A DNA stretch of 64,000 nucleotides from a virus. Location: positions 13 to 64,012 of IMG/VR virus record IMGVR_UViG_3300047160_035982; one strand, 5' to 3'. The position numbers and the translations under genes are program-made. Every line of letters begins with the position of its first letter. Position 1 is the first letter of the stretch. The notes beneath the pieces were generated by a model. That model had not been told where the DNA came from. It searched no databases and saw nothing but the letters and a program-made list of their open reading frames with translations. Positions 47,950 to 57,748 of the stretch are shown here, piece by piece.

Positions 47950-49101
47950 ATGCACGACCGATATTCCGATACGCTCGACCACCCGAGGACTCTGCTGCCG
48001 ACGACTCAACTGCCCGATTTCAGCCGTAATTTCGCAGAGCTCGAGAAGCGTTGTAAACGCCCCTATTCGATCCTCAAGGTTGTCCGCGCCCTTTCGGACA
48101 AGCCGTCGCGCTTAGAAGGTTTCGAGGCTGAAGTCGACCAAGAGCTGAAGTCGTTGAACCCACGGCGCAGCGTAGATGGAATATTGATCCCGCTCGAGGC
48201 ATTAGCAGTATCGCGCCGTGACTTGACGACAGGCGTGCTGCCAGTGATCCAAACGACAATTTCACCAGATGAGCCTATCCCGTTTCTGCGGGTGAAATCT
48301 GTCTGCGCCCGTTGCGGAGCGACGCTGCTCGACGGGTTGACTGGCGGCAATATTTCACTGCCTAGAGCTTATGCGACTGCAGGTGCTGGGTGGTACGGCG
48401 AGGTCGGTCCGGTCCCGAGCGCTGACCAGTCTCTCGATAACATTACACTTTCGCCGAAACTGATCGCTGGCTCGACGATCGTCTCGAATCAATTACTCGC
48501 GCAAAGCTCGCTCGATATCGAGAGATTTGTTACCCGCGATATCAGCGACGCAATCGCGGTCGCGGTCGACCAGGCTGCGCTCTACGGCGCAGGCTCGGCG
48601 ACGGTGCCAAAGGGGATCATGAGCTACGCGGCAAACGGCGCAGGCAACTACAGCTACGGGCTGCGATCCGCTAGTCAGTCTTTTGGCGGAGCGGCAACTT
48701 GGGCTGCTGTCTTGAGCTTCGAAAAAACGCTCGAAGACGGGCGAATCCAGAACGATGGCACTTTCACCTTTGTTTCGACATCAGCAACGCGCACAAAATG
48801 GCAGCAAATCGCCAAGGTCGCGACTTACCCCGAGTTTCTATGGCAACAGCGCGACGACGAGTTGGACGGTCGCGTAAACGGCCGGCGCGCAGTTTCGAGC
48901 GCGCAAATCAGCGGCGACATCGTGCTCTGCGGAAAATTCTCTGAAATGATTCTTGCGAACTGGTTAGGAGTCGAACTTTTAGTGAACACGTACAGCCGCG
49001 CGATCAACGCTGAGACCGTGATCCTTGCCACGATGCTGTGCGACGTCGGGATTAGATATCCATTAGCGTTCTGCGCATCACTGGACTCAGGGGCTCAGTA
49101 A
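47950..49101 (+). CDS. HK97-fold major capsid protein (satellite)
   Basis: GATLLDGLTG.NISLPR, WYGE, ITLSPKLIAG...SNQLLAQSSLDIE, AVDQAALYG. Confidence 0.88.
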   Translation: MHDRYSDTLDHPRTLLPTTQLPDFSRNFAELEKRCKRPYSILKVVRALSDKPSRLEGFEAEVDQELKSLNPRRSVDGILIPLEALAVSRRDLTTGVLPVIQTTISPDEPIPFLRVKSVCARCGATLLDGLTGGNISLPRAYATAGAGWYGEVGPVPSADQSLDNITLSPKLIAGSTIVSNQLLAQSSLDIERFVTRDISDAIAVAVDQAALYGAGSATVPKGIMSYAANGAGNYSYGLRSASQSFGGAATWAAVLSFEKTLEDGRIQNDGTFTFVSTSATRTKWQQIAKVATYPEFLWQQRDDELDGRVNGRRAVSSAQISGDIVLCGKFSEMILANWLGVELLVNTYSRAINAETVILATMLCDVGIRYPLAFCASLDSGAQ

Positions 49102-49108
49102 GATCTTA

Positions 49109-49240
49109 GGAAAAACGAAAAGGCCAGCTTTTACACTGACCTTTTCTCCATGCATTGCCTCGCCAGACCGCGCCCAGCCATACCACGCCAAAGCGAGCCT
49201 TGCCGTGACGTCTTCAATATCGACTCGTTTGAATCACGCT
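49109..49240 (-). ncRNA. Orphan (NN-GGY)10 pentamer tract with flanking hairpins (putative guide D)
   Basis: Ten RCC-NN pentamers at 49157-49206; hairpin 49117-49146 whose loop CCAGCTTTTACACTGA resembles 58021-58037. Confidence 0.75.
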
Positions 49241-49414
49241 TAAAGCAAAAAAGAAGCCCAGGCATTGGCACTCGCCAAGCTGGGCCTCGGACGTGACTCG
49301 TCTCAATTAGAGACATACTGGCGCTTGACCGTGAGAGAAGGCGCATGTCATCATTGCGTCTTCTCATGAACGTGACCCACCTCAGAGCTGCCCTCAGAGC
49401 CGCTGCAACGAGAG

Positions 49415-50260
49415 ATGGTCACGCCAAACGGCGAAGGTAACCAGCAGCATTTCGACAACGCACGCCTCGAGGCAGTTATCGCTCGCTTTCAGCGCAATGG
49501 CGATGCGTCGAGTTTGAACGAAATCGTTCAACTGAGTCAGCAACGCGCATTGACGCTGATAAGATTCAACGGCACGACCTCTTACGGCACAGAGAGCGAG
49601 CTGCTCAGCGATATTAACTACAAACTGCTGCGCTCAGTTAGGAAGTTCGACCCGTCGAAAGGTAGCGCGTTTACGTTTATCTCGGCCGTGATCACGAGCA
49701 CGCTTAAAACGTCAGTCACGGTCACGCGCAAGAATTGGCTGCGAAACTGCGAACTCAGCGACGAACTAGTGAACTCGCTGCACACGAACGAAATCGATCA
49801 CTCGACTGCAGACGATCTCACGCATCGCATCAAGAGCGAAGCGAAAACAATGTTGACTGATCAGATCGAGATCGAGGCGCAACGCTGGTTTGTTGAGAGT
49901 TTTTGTCAGGAAGGATTCGCTTATCGCCGACATCATTGCAGCGACGCATGCATGGGCGTTTTCCAATTGAGTCATGCGCGGTCGAGAGAATTGTACGATT
50001 TGACGATGCTCGAAGTTAGACGGGCGTTGTACGACGACGTCAAGCGACGTCAGCAGATCGCCCCTGGCAGATTGCTCGGCACGCGCAGCGCTTGGGTCAC
50101 GCAGTATGCCGCGCTCTTGAGCGCTGACGAATTCACGAAGTTTTATTTTCTGATGAAAAATCTTGCGCCGTACTTGCTGCTGATGATCGCCGACCCGTCA
50201 AAGACCAATAATCATCGCAGAGATAGGAATCAACAATCGGTCGCCAAACGCTCGAATTGA
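49415..50260 (+). CDS. Sigma-70 region 2-like protein
   Basis: ELLSDINYKLLRSVRKFDPSKGSAFTFISAVI. Confidence 0.6.
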   Translation: MVTPNGEGNQQHFDNARLEAVIARFQRNGDASSLNEIVQLSQQRALTLIRFNGTTSYGTESELLSDINYKLLRSVRKFDPSKGSAFTFISAVITSTLKTSVTVTRKNWLRNCELSDELVNSLHTNEIDHSTADDLTHRIKSEAKTMLTDQIEIEAQRWFVESFCQEGFAYRRHHCSDACMGVFQLSHARSRELYDLTMLEVRRALYDDVKRRQQIAPGRLLGTRSAWVTQYAALLSADEFTKFYFLMKNLAPYLLLMIADPSKTNNHRRDRNQQSVAKRSN

Positions 50261-50392
50261 TCTTGTACGGCGATCCTGCCGCAACGCCACTGTTTCAATA
50301 AGTTGCGCTCGACCGCGTATAATTTCGAAGTTTTCGCGCGAAAACTTTATCTTTGCTTTGAACGATTTTGATCATCGTCACTCTTGGAGAGA

Positions 50393-50986
50393 TTATTTTT
50401 TGAACGATTTGCATACCTCTTCGGTCGACTGAACTTTCGCGCGTCTCTTCGGCTTGCTCTTGCGCACGTTCTTTATCGCGACTGCGTCCTCGGCCGCTTC
50501 CCCGTTGCCGTTCTTCTCACTATTGCGCCTGAGCCGCGTCTGACTGCGAGCAACGTTATCGAGAATAATTGGAATGCTGCTCAATTCTCGCAACAAATCA
50601 TCCTGCTCGGAGCGATCCAGTTTCGAAACCCGTATCCGAGACACGACCGCGTCAGCCAACGCTGCGAATGCTGACGAGAGCGCCGAGCGATTCAAGACGC
50701 TCGCTTCGACGATGCTGTTTTCAAGCTCAAGCTTTCGCCGAATCTCGCGCTGAGTCCCGAGCTTCTCGACGTGCATCGAGCCAAAGATTGCTTGGCAGAT
50801 CTGCTCGGTCGTATAGCAAAACGCCGCATCAGGCTCAGCGCCGTCTTTGACGAGATTCTTGCGCAACGTATGTGGAGCTAGCTTGAATTCGATTGCTGCG
50901 CGATCGACCGACCATTTCAGGGGATCTGGTGGGACGTTGCATCGCACAGCATGGCGCATTCGAAGATGGTCGTCAGATTCACACAC
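50393..50986 (-). CDS. Terminase small subunit-like protein (Nu1/DUF1441-like)
   Basis: WSVDRAAIEF..APHTLRK wHTH-like region, YTTEQICQAIFG, RRKLELEN coiled coil; start uncertain. Confidence 0.6.
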   Translation of the reverse strand: MCESDDHLRMRHAVRCNVPPDPLKWSVDRAAIEFKLAPHTLRKNLVKDGAEPDAAFCYTTEQICQAIFGSMHVEKLGTQREIRRKLELENSIVEASVLNRSALSSAFAALADAVVSRIRVSKLDRSEQDDLLRELSSIPIILDNVARSQTRLRRNSEKNGNGEAAEDAVAIKNVRKSKPKRRAKVQSTEEVCKSFKK

Positions 50987-51188
50987 TATCGCAACTGAAA
51001 ACGTCTAGAGCGAAGTCGATCAGCCGCTCGGTGCTTGCGCTACGATCGACTGAGACGCGTCCTGATCGGCGAGACGTCTGATCCACCAGCTTTACGCACT
51101 CGCTCATCTGCCAACGCAAAGATAAAATGTTGGGTCGCGTCCAATATTGGCTTTATTAATTCAAGAGAGTGACGTATGCATAAGTAGA

Positions 51189-51602
51189 ATGAAAAACTTT
51201 TCAGACCATTGGCTCCATAACCACGACGTTGCACATAAGCATAAAGTCAACCTTGATTTTAACTGTCCTCATTGCGGGCAGACTGTCTATGAGACCTTTT
51301 TCCCGATAGACGAATACAATCCTGAGTCCTTTTCTTATTACTTCTGTGGCTGTGCTAACATCAGCTTTTCTGAACCGCAGAAAATGACCAAAAAACGCTG
51401 GCTGGAACTATACCCACAATCACGCGAAGAGATGGAGCCCCTCGACTTCAACTGCCCCGTTTGCAACCAGCCTGTTTACGGAACCATGATGTGGGCGGAC
51501 CTTTATCATTTCGATTGCGGCTGCGGCTACATCAACACCGAAAACGCGATCATGACTCCTGAACGATGGGCCAAAACGACTAAACATAAACTCGAAGACT
51601 AA
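51189..51602 (+). CDS. Protein with two tandem Cys-rich (zinc-ribbon-like) repeats
   Basis: DFNCPHCGQTVY...CGC...MTKKRW and DFNCPVCNQPVY...CGC...MTPERW. Confidence 0.6.
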   Translation: MKNFSDHWLHNHDVAHKHKVNLDFNCPHCGQTVYETFFPIDEYNPESFSYYFCGCANISFSEPQKMTKKRWLELYPQSREEMEPLDFNCPVCNQPVYGTMMWADLYHFDCGCGYINTENAIMTPERWAKTTKHKLED

Positions 51603-51834
51603 AGACCGAAACGCGCTTTCGGCGCGTCAGTGCGTGATGCGCACTCTGACGATGGTCGTCAGCCAACTCTCAACACAGAAAAACGAACATGATAATCTTG
51701 CTCTATTTACTGCTGCTCGCGCTCGCAGTGAGAGCTTTGCGCTCGGCCAGCACGCCGATAGGCTGCCTGAGCTGGGTCGTGCTGTTCGCGATCATCTTTA
51801 TGTTTCTAAGCACACGATTTTTTCATCCAGCACT

Positions 51835-52008
51835 ATGAAAGGCGGACCACGCAAGGGAGCAGGTCGACCACGCGGAGCGGACAAGCGGACAGTCACGATC
51901 AAGCTCGCAGTCGAGGTGATCGATCTGCTTCACGAGCTGCCAAAAGGCTCGATGTCTGCGTTCGTCGAGCGAGCGTTGCTGCGCGAATTTAAGCGAACGA
52001 TAAAGTAA
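51835..52008 (+). CDS. Small ribbon-helix-helix-like DNA-binding protein
   Basis: GGPRKGAGRP...VTIKLAVEVIDLL...MSAFVERAL. Confidence 0.55.
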   Translation: MKGGPRKGAGRPRGADKRTVTIKLAVEVIDLLHELPKGSMSAFVERALLREFKRTIK

Positions 52009-52831
52009 ACCACGAGCTCCGGCGTTCTCCGCAAATCCGAGTGATGTTGATTCAACTTCACTTAACTTGACGCATCGAAGGTCTCTCTGCCCTCGCTCGC
52101 CTGCTTGCGAGTACATCGACGCGCGCAGCGCAGCGAGCACCTCCCCAGAATTTCATATAATCGAGTAAAATAGGTCGCAATCCATTCCATATCAGCTATT
52201 TACACTTAAAGCATTGTACGAATTTTTGGCGGTCAGCCCATCGCCGCGATCGGAGCGCTCGCCGTGCCTACCCCCTTGGAGAGGACCCAGGATTCTACGG
52301 GGCGAAAGAAAATCTCGAAATTGCTATAGCTCTCGCATCACGCGAGGGTGCGTCACTGGTGTGATCACGCTCAAAGCAATCTCGATCGGTCGCGCTCACT
52401 ATGCGCGCCAACGTGCGCATCTCGACGCCACAAGCGTTTTGATTGCTGAGCAGTATGGACACAGTGCAAAGAAAATCTGCCGCGCTCTGGCGTGATCTGC
52501 ATGTCGATGTCGGGCGACATATCTCTGAGGTCGTGATCATCGATTACAGGATTGCGAGATCGCGAACATTCAGATCCTGAAAAACGTGCTGCTCGCTTGC
52601 TTGCTGACAGTGGAGTTGGAACGTCGCAACTGTTGGCACGACATGTAAGAAAATCGAAGGCGAGATCAGCTCATCGTACATATTTTATGTACGATGATCA
52701 ATCGCAGCATCTCTTAATCGAACACGGATCTAGAGGGGTTAAGAACCGTAGGAATCATGTCGTCGCGAACGACGTTATCGAATCTTCGATCAGCGAGAGA
52801 ATTCGACAAGTTCACTGCCAGCCCCTCATCG

Positions 52832-53146
52832 TTAATCAAGATAGGGCGTCAGCAGACGCTCTTTCTCTAAAGCTTCGAACCATTGCTGGATTTCCGAGCA
52901 ATTACTCGCGAGGAATATCGCTCTTTGCAGTTTGATGCCCCACAGTCGTTTCTGTTCCGAGTCATCCACCCATTCAAATGTGCTGCATTTGTCAGGGTCG
53001 TAAATGTACTGCTCTATGGTATTGAGGACTTCGTCATCATAATCCGACTCTATCTTGGACTCGTCGATATAGCCGCCCTTAATCAATTCGCTAGCAAGTT
53101 CATCTTTCGTCATGCGCCTATACATCAATCGGCTGCGCGCAAACAT
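52832..53146 (-). CDS. Hypothetical acidic protein
   Basis: 104-aa ORF. Confidence 0.35.
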   Translation of the reverse strand: MFARSRLMYRRMTKDELASELIKGGYIDESKIESDYDDEVLNTIEQYIYDPDKCSTFEWVDDSEQKRLWGIKLQRAIFLASNCSEIQQWFEALEKERLLTPYLD

Positions 53147-53392
53147 CCAGTAGAATCTTCGATCAGAGCGCGAAAAGCTTATTTCAAATGCAAACTATCA
53201 AATCGTTTGTCGCCGTCGACGAGGTGAATGCTTGCTGAGATGCGTCGCTGTCTGTTTTCCTGACGGCGCGTCTCGCGTTTTTGACGGCGTTCCTGCTGAC
53301 GTTCTCGCCGTTCAAGTTCCTTGAATCTGTAAGGTCGAGCCATAGTATAACACTGCGTAGAGCTTGACTATTTCGCGTGTGAGACGTTTTGA

Positions 53393-53707
53393 TTGTTAAG
53401 AGCTCCTAATTATATCGTCTCTGCAGTTGTGAAAAGATTAGAGTTTCCTTTTACGCGCAATGGGTTCACGCACGAGCTGATCGAGCGCAACGACATGATC
53501 TGTCTCGTGAAACGCTCGAAACGTGAGCATTCGCATTATGAGGTCGTGCGGCTGCGCATTGAAAAAGACAAAGAACGCTTTGGGAAGTTCTATCCTGAAC
53601 ACGAGAGGTATCCGAGCGACGAAGACTGGGGCTCATATGGATTCACGTATCCTGCGGCTGATCTTGCCGAGGCTCAGAAGCGGTTAGGAGAAATTGCTGA
53701 CCATTAG
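53393..53707 (+). CDS. Hypothetical phage protein
   Basis: YEVV...ERYPSDEDWGSYGFTY. Confidence 0.5.
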   Translation: MLRAPNYIVSAVVKRLEFPFTRNGFTHELIERNDMICLVKRSKREHSHYEVVRLRIEKDKERFGKFYPEHERYPSDEDWGSYGFTYPAADLAEAQKRLGEIADH

Positions 53708-53731
53708 CGATTGTTGTAACCTGTTGATTCA

Positions 53732-54016
53732 ATGACTCCAGCTCAATCGGCGCACAGTAAAATAAGATTCCTCATCAAGACCGGACGCCTCGAACGAAAA
53801 CCATGTGTGAAGTGTGGAAAACCTCATGGGCATGCCCACCATCGTGACTATTCAAAACCCTACGAGATCGAATGGCTTTGCGCTTCTTGTCACAGAAAAT
53901 GGCACAACGCTCAACTAACTGAAGAGCGACACGAAGCACTCAACGCAAAATGTAGATCTAAGAAGCGTCCAAAACCTGAACGACCTGAAGTTCTGAATTT
54001 GTGGGCTCTGGGGTGA
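53732..54016 (+). CDS. HNH-like zinc-binding protein
   Basis: CVKCG...HAHHRDYSKP...WLCASCHRKWH. Confidence 0.7.
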   Translation: MTPAQSAHSKIRFLIKTGRLERKPCVKCGKPHGHAHHRDYSKPYEIEWLCASCHRKWHNAQLTEERHEALNAKCRSKKRPKPERPEVLNLWALG

Positions 54017-54326
54017 ATGTTTGCATTATGCAATCATTACACGCAAGAACACGTAAAAACGACAAGCGTACTCGCTTTGTAAGTCATTGATAATCAGCGC
54101 AGTTTCTATGGGCTATAACCGATAGATTTTCCTTTAACGGGAACGGTTTTTCAGGTGAATCAAACCGCGCCCAAATCGAATCCTAGCGCGATTACCGAGC
54201 ATACCGAAGCAAGCAATGGCATGACTGCGACCAGTCGCGTCGATCGTTTGGGCCGAATCCTGACGCGATTACAGGTGGGCCGATTTTCAATGGATTTTAG
54301 ACGTCAGAGGCTGTCTTTTCTTCATG

Positions 54327-54671
54327 TCAGTTGATTCCCGCTTTACTGACGTAGACAACTGATTTCGCAAGCTTGGCGTTTGCAACGTCGCGACCGAATT
54401 TCGCCTCGACTTTAAAATCGTCACCTATCTTTCTGATCGTGAAAACCCAATCTTTTTCAATAACTAGATTAAACGCCTCGGTGTAAATGGCGCGCGCCGC
54501 AGAATCATCAAGGGATTCCATCTTTGAGCGGCAGCACAAATCGACAGCTTCAGCGATGACGTTTGATGTTCGATCGTCAACGGCGCTTGAATCACCGGCA
54601 GATAATTCAATAATCAGCTGGCTTAAAATAATCGTGATCCGAGCGCGATCTGTTTCAGATAATCGTTTCAT
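54327..54671 (-). CDS. Hypothetical protein
   Basis: 114-aa ORF downstream of the origin. Confidence 0.4.
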   Translation of the reverse strand: MKRLSETDRARITIILSQLIIELSAGDSSAVDDRTSNVIAEAVDLCCRSKMESLDDSAARAIYTEAFNLVIEKDWVFTIRKIGDDFKVEAKFGRDVANAKLAKSVVYVSKAGIN

Positions 54672-54726
54672 AGGTACTTAGGTTTTCTCATAAGGTTGCG
54701 TGCCAGCATCAGTCTGCATTGCGTTT

Positions 54727-54920
54727 AGTCTGTACTGACGTTTAGTCCGTACTAGTACAGACTGGCTTTAGTGACGACTGTTCTTTAGTTTAGTCTGTAC
54801 TACGAATACTAACTAGATTCCCCCGTAAGGGGGATCTAGTATTCGCAGTATAGACTGAACTCATGTCGTCACGTACACGCACAGTCAGCAGTCAGTACAG
54901 ACTGGATGTCAGTACAGACT
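54727..54920. repeat. Iteron array with central palindrome, putative satellite origin
   Basis: Seven AGTCTGTACT-like decamers (54727, 54744, 54792 forward; 54754, 54847, 54894, 54911 reverse) around ACTAGATTCCCC-CGTAA-GGGGGATCTAGT. Confidence 0.75.
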
Positions 54921-54948
54921 GGCAAGCTGGAAATAAGAAAAAGAGCGC

Positions 54949-56205
54949 TCACTCGTCGTCGGCAGGTTCGCGCACAGTCGGCAGGTGATAGAGAGCGAAC
55001 GCGCCACCTTCAGGGTTTTTCGCTTCGGACCGAAGCAGCCGCCTCGCAAAAGTCATTTCTTTTATAGCGGCGAATGTCCAGTCGCGACCTTTATTGAGTT
55101 CTTTTTTCACAAGTTCACACAGACTTTCTCGCGAATATTTCTGCGTTGGTTTTATGAGTTTCAGGATTCGTTCGTACGGGACAAATTTCGATTGCCCAGC
55201 GCCCCCTTCTTGCTTGCCGATGCGTTTCTCACGCTTTTCATTCGCTGCGTCTGCTTTGTCTGATTCGCAAAGCAGCCACAGCCAATCGCCGTTGTCATCG
55301 ACTGAGCGGCGCAGATGAATACGGTCTTCGGTCCAGCCGAGTTCGTGAAACCCTTTACCGCCGCAGAGACAGAACACGTCATCGTCGACGGGCAGAAGCA
55401 GAATGTTTCCACGGCAAGCGTTCGTGATCGACGCCATCCCAGCGCCCGCGTACTGAATCTCGTAGATCGTCTGGTCGTTAGGATTCTTCCCACTCGGTTT
55501 CGGCGGGTGATGAATAACAAGACCGCCGCAGTTGAGCCTGCGCAGAACCGACGGGAACCGCGCACGGATGAAATCGTTAAGGCTCGGCTCGTCGTAAACG
55601 CCCTTGCTGAGGAACGAGGTCAGCGGGTTGACACAAATAACGTCGGGTTTGAAAACTGCAGCGTGACGCCCTATTTCAGCGATTGCCGCAGAGTCTTGAA
55701 CACCCTGCAGCGTCACGACAGCCGTGTTGGCATCGACCATCGCCCGTTGCTCAGCAGTGAGATTAAGCCGACGGCAGAGATGCCCGATGCGGATCAGCTT
55801 GTTCTCTGAATCTTCAGCTTGAAAGAAGATAGTCCGCAACGGCCGCGGGATCTTGATCGAGAAACACATCTCGCCCATCGCCCAATACACTGATAATTGA
55901 GCTGCGAGCGTACTTTTGCCGGCGTAGCTTGCGCCGACGAGAACAACGAAATTTTCTGGTTCGAGAAACCCGCTGCCCATCAGGAACTTTGTGACATCGA
56001 CTTCAAGGTCCGAGTAATAGATCCACGACCGCATCGGCAACAGCGGCTTTTCATGTTGCTGCTCGCCGTTCGCGAACGGATCTGGTTCTTCAGTTTCACG
56101 CTCGGGCTCTTGCGCGTAGTAAGGGTTACCTTGTCGTGACGACGACTGAGCAGATGACTTTGATTTGGATTCGCATTCATGAAATTCATGGGCTGATGGC
56201 TCCAT
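54949..56205 (-). CDS. RepA-like (AAA_25) helicase
   Basis: VGASYAGKST Walker A, FFQAED, VIHHPPKP, YAGAG; AAGGAGG RBS before ATG 56205. Confidence 0.82.
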   Translation of the reverse strand: MEPSAHEFHECESKSKSSAQSSSRQGNPYYAQEPERETEEPDPFANGEQQHEKPLLPMRSWIYYSDLEVDVTKFLMGSGFLEPENFVVLVGASYAGKSTLAAQLSVYWAMGEMCFSIKIPRPLRTIFFQAEDSENKLIRIGHLCRRLNLTAEQRAMVDANTAVVTLQGVQDSAAIAEIGRHAAVFKPDVICVNPLTSFLSKGVYDEPSLNDFIRARFPSVLRRLNCGGLVIHHPPKPSGKNPNDQTIYEIQYAGAGMASITNACRGNILLLPVDDDVFCLCGGKGFHELGWTEDRIHLRRSVDDNGDWLWLLCESDKADAANEKREKRIGKQEGGAGQSKFVPYERILKLIKPTQKYSRESLCELVKKELNKGRDWTFAAIKEMTFARRLLRSEAKNPEGGAFALYHLPTVREPADDE

Positions 56206-57235
56206 CTGCTTCCTCCTTGATAGGCTCGGGTCGAAGCGCCTCGTCAGGCGCGACATAGTAGATCGTCTGACGGTTACCGTTGTCGCGGATACCGCCAGGC
56301 AGTCTGACGTATTGGTTAAGGTCAAAAACTTGTGAATCAGCGCCAAGGCGCACAGCTCGGCACATGAAATTACGTGATTGTTTTTCAGTCTTTTCAAAGA
56401 CACGCCACCACGCATGCAGACTTTTCCCGCCGCTTGAGACGACGAGGACAAGCGGCATCAACTTTGCATTTGCAAGCTCGACGATCGCAGCCGCGCAAGC
56501 GTCAGCGACCGAGACACCTGACTGCTCCCATGCTGTGATGATTGGCTTCCATGCGGTCTCGGTCTTGCCATCACGCGCATACGGGGCGATGTCGAACTCG
56601 GTCACGAGATAGCATCTGCGGCCTACACTGGCCTTGGCATGTTCGCTTTTCTTCCCTTCTTGCGTCAGCCCGTAAACTGAGAGCATTGGGTTCGGGAGGA
56701 TAAATTGATACTTTGCTAAATGACCACGCCAGACCTCACGTCGGCGCGTAGCAAATTTGTAAGCAAATTTCGCAACGCATAGCAGCGGGTTCGCAGGGAA
56801 AAGGATGTCGATAGTCTGCTCGCAATGATCATCCGCGTCCTCGAAACGCAGCGGCGAACGTTCCCAGAGGTCGTATAACCCTGGCCCGTGTTTTCCTAAC
56901 AGATAGACGTGACCTGTATCAGGCGCAGGCCAAGCAGGTTCAGGCGATGCAGCTCTGATGATCGCACTCGCTGGACTCTGCGCATTGATCGGGGCAGTCT
57001 TCTTTTCAGCAGCAGCGACTGCGCCCTTGATTTCGCGCTGTGTGACAGTGCGCCCAACACGGCGCGTCGTTTGATAGAGCATCTCGATCTTAGCCGCTGT
57101 CGAGTACCCCGCCTCGTGCAGCAGACACGCGGTCACGAACAGCCATTGGTGCACGCCCGAGCCAGCTGTTGGAGGAGTCGCCAACGCATTCAGAGCGCGA
57201 GCTGAAACCTTATCAATAGCTGAATCAGCGCTCAT
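56186..57235 (-). CDS. RepB-like/AEP-type primase
   Basis: LVTEFD, VSSGGKSLHAWW, YVRLPGGIR; coupled to the helicase. Confidence 0.7.
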   Translation of the reverse strand: MSADSAIDKVSARALNALATPPTAGSGVHQWLFVTACLLHEAGYSTAAKIEMLYQTTRRVGRTVTQREIKGAVAAAEKKTAPINAQSPASAIIRAASPEPAWPAPDTGHVYLLGKHGPGLYDLWERSPLRFEDADDHCEQTIDILFPANPLLCVAKFAYKFATRRREVWRGHLAKYQFILPNPMLSVYGLTQEGKKSEHAKASVGRRCYLVTEFDIAPYARDGKTETAWKPIITAWEQSGVSVADACAAAIVELANAKLMPLVLVVSSGGKSLHAWWRVFEKTEKQSRNFMCRAVRLGADSQVFDLNQYVRLPGGIRDNGNRQTIYYVAPDEALRPEPIKEEADGAISP

Positions 57236-57633
57236 TTTCGCAGTCCTTGATTGAGCACAATCTCCATCGCTCGGCGCAGATTGAAGCTCAGGTTGTCGCA
57301 CTCTTCCAACGCCCATCGTATATAGTTAGGCGGCAGCTCGCCGACGCTTCGACCTTTATACTTACCGAAATTGACGAGGTAACCCCTAGCGGCTTCGAGT
57401 TGTCTGAGCGCAAAAGTTCTCTGCGCGAACGCAGCGACGACCTGCTCTGCACTCACGCCGCGTTGGCGCCATGACCGCACAAGCATAACTGCTGCATTGT
57501 CGACCTCGCCTTGATGCGCCGCAGAATTGAGACCTAGCGTTAGCAATTTTTGCTCAACGTCGGTGAACACGGGCCCGTCGGGCGAGACAACTTCTCGCTT
57601 GAAAATCAGATGGTCTTCGACAAAACTGAACAT
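57232..57633 (-). CDS. DUF3820/QSregVF_b-like protein (homolog of 36682-37014)
   Basis: FGKYKGRSVGELPPNYIRW; N-terminus also similar. Confidence 0.7.
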   Translation of the reverse strand: MFSFVEDHLIFKREVVSPDGPVFTDVEQKLLTLGLNSAAHQGEVDNAAVMLVRSWRQRGVSAEQVVAAFAQRTFALRQLEAARGYLVNFGKYKGRSVGELPPNYIRWALEECDNLSFNLRRAMEIVLNQGLRK

Positions 57634-57748
57634 GTTATTGTGTTGTTAAAAAACTGAACTCTCGATTTACCTCTCGACGTTTAGTGCCTTTTGCCCGCCC
57701 TGGCTCGTTACCTCGGCGGGCTCTTTTTTGTGATTATCCTCCGTGCGG

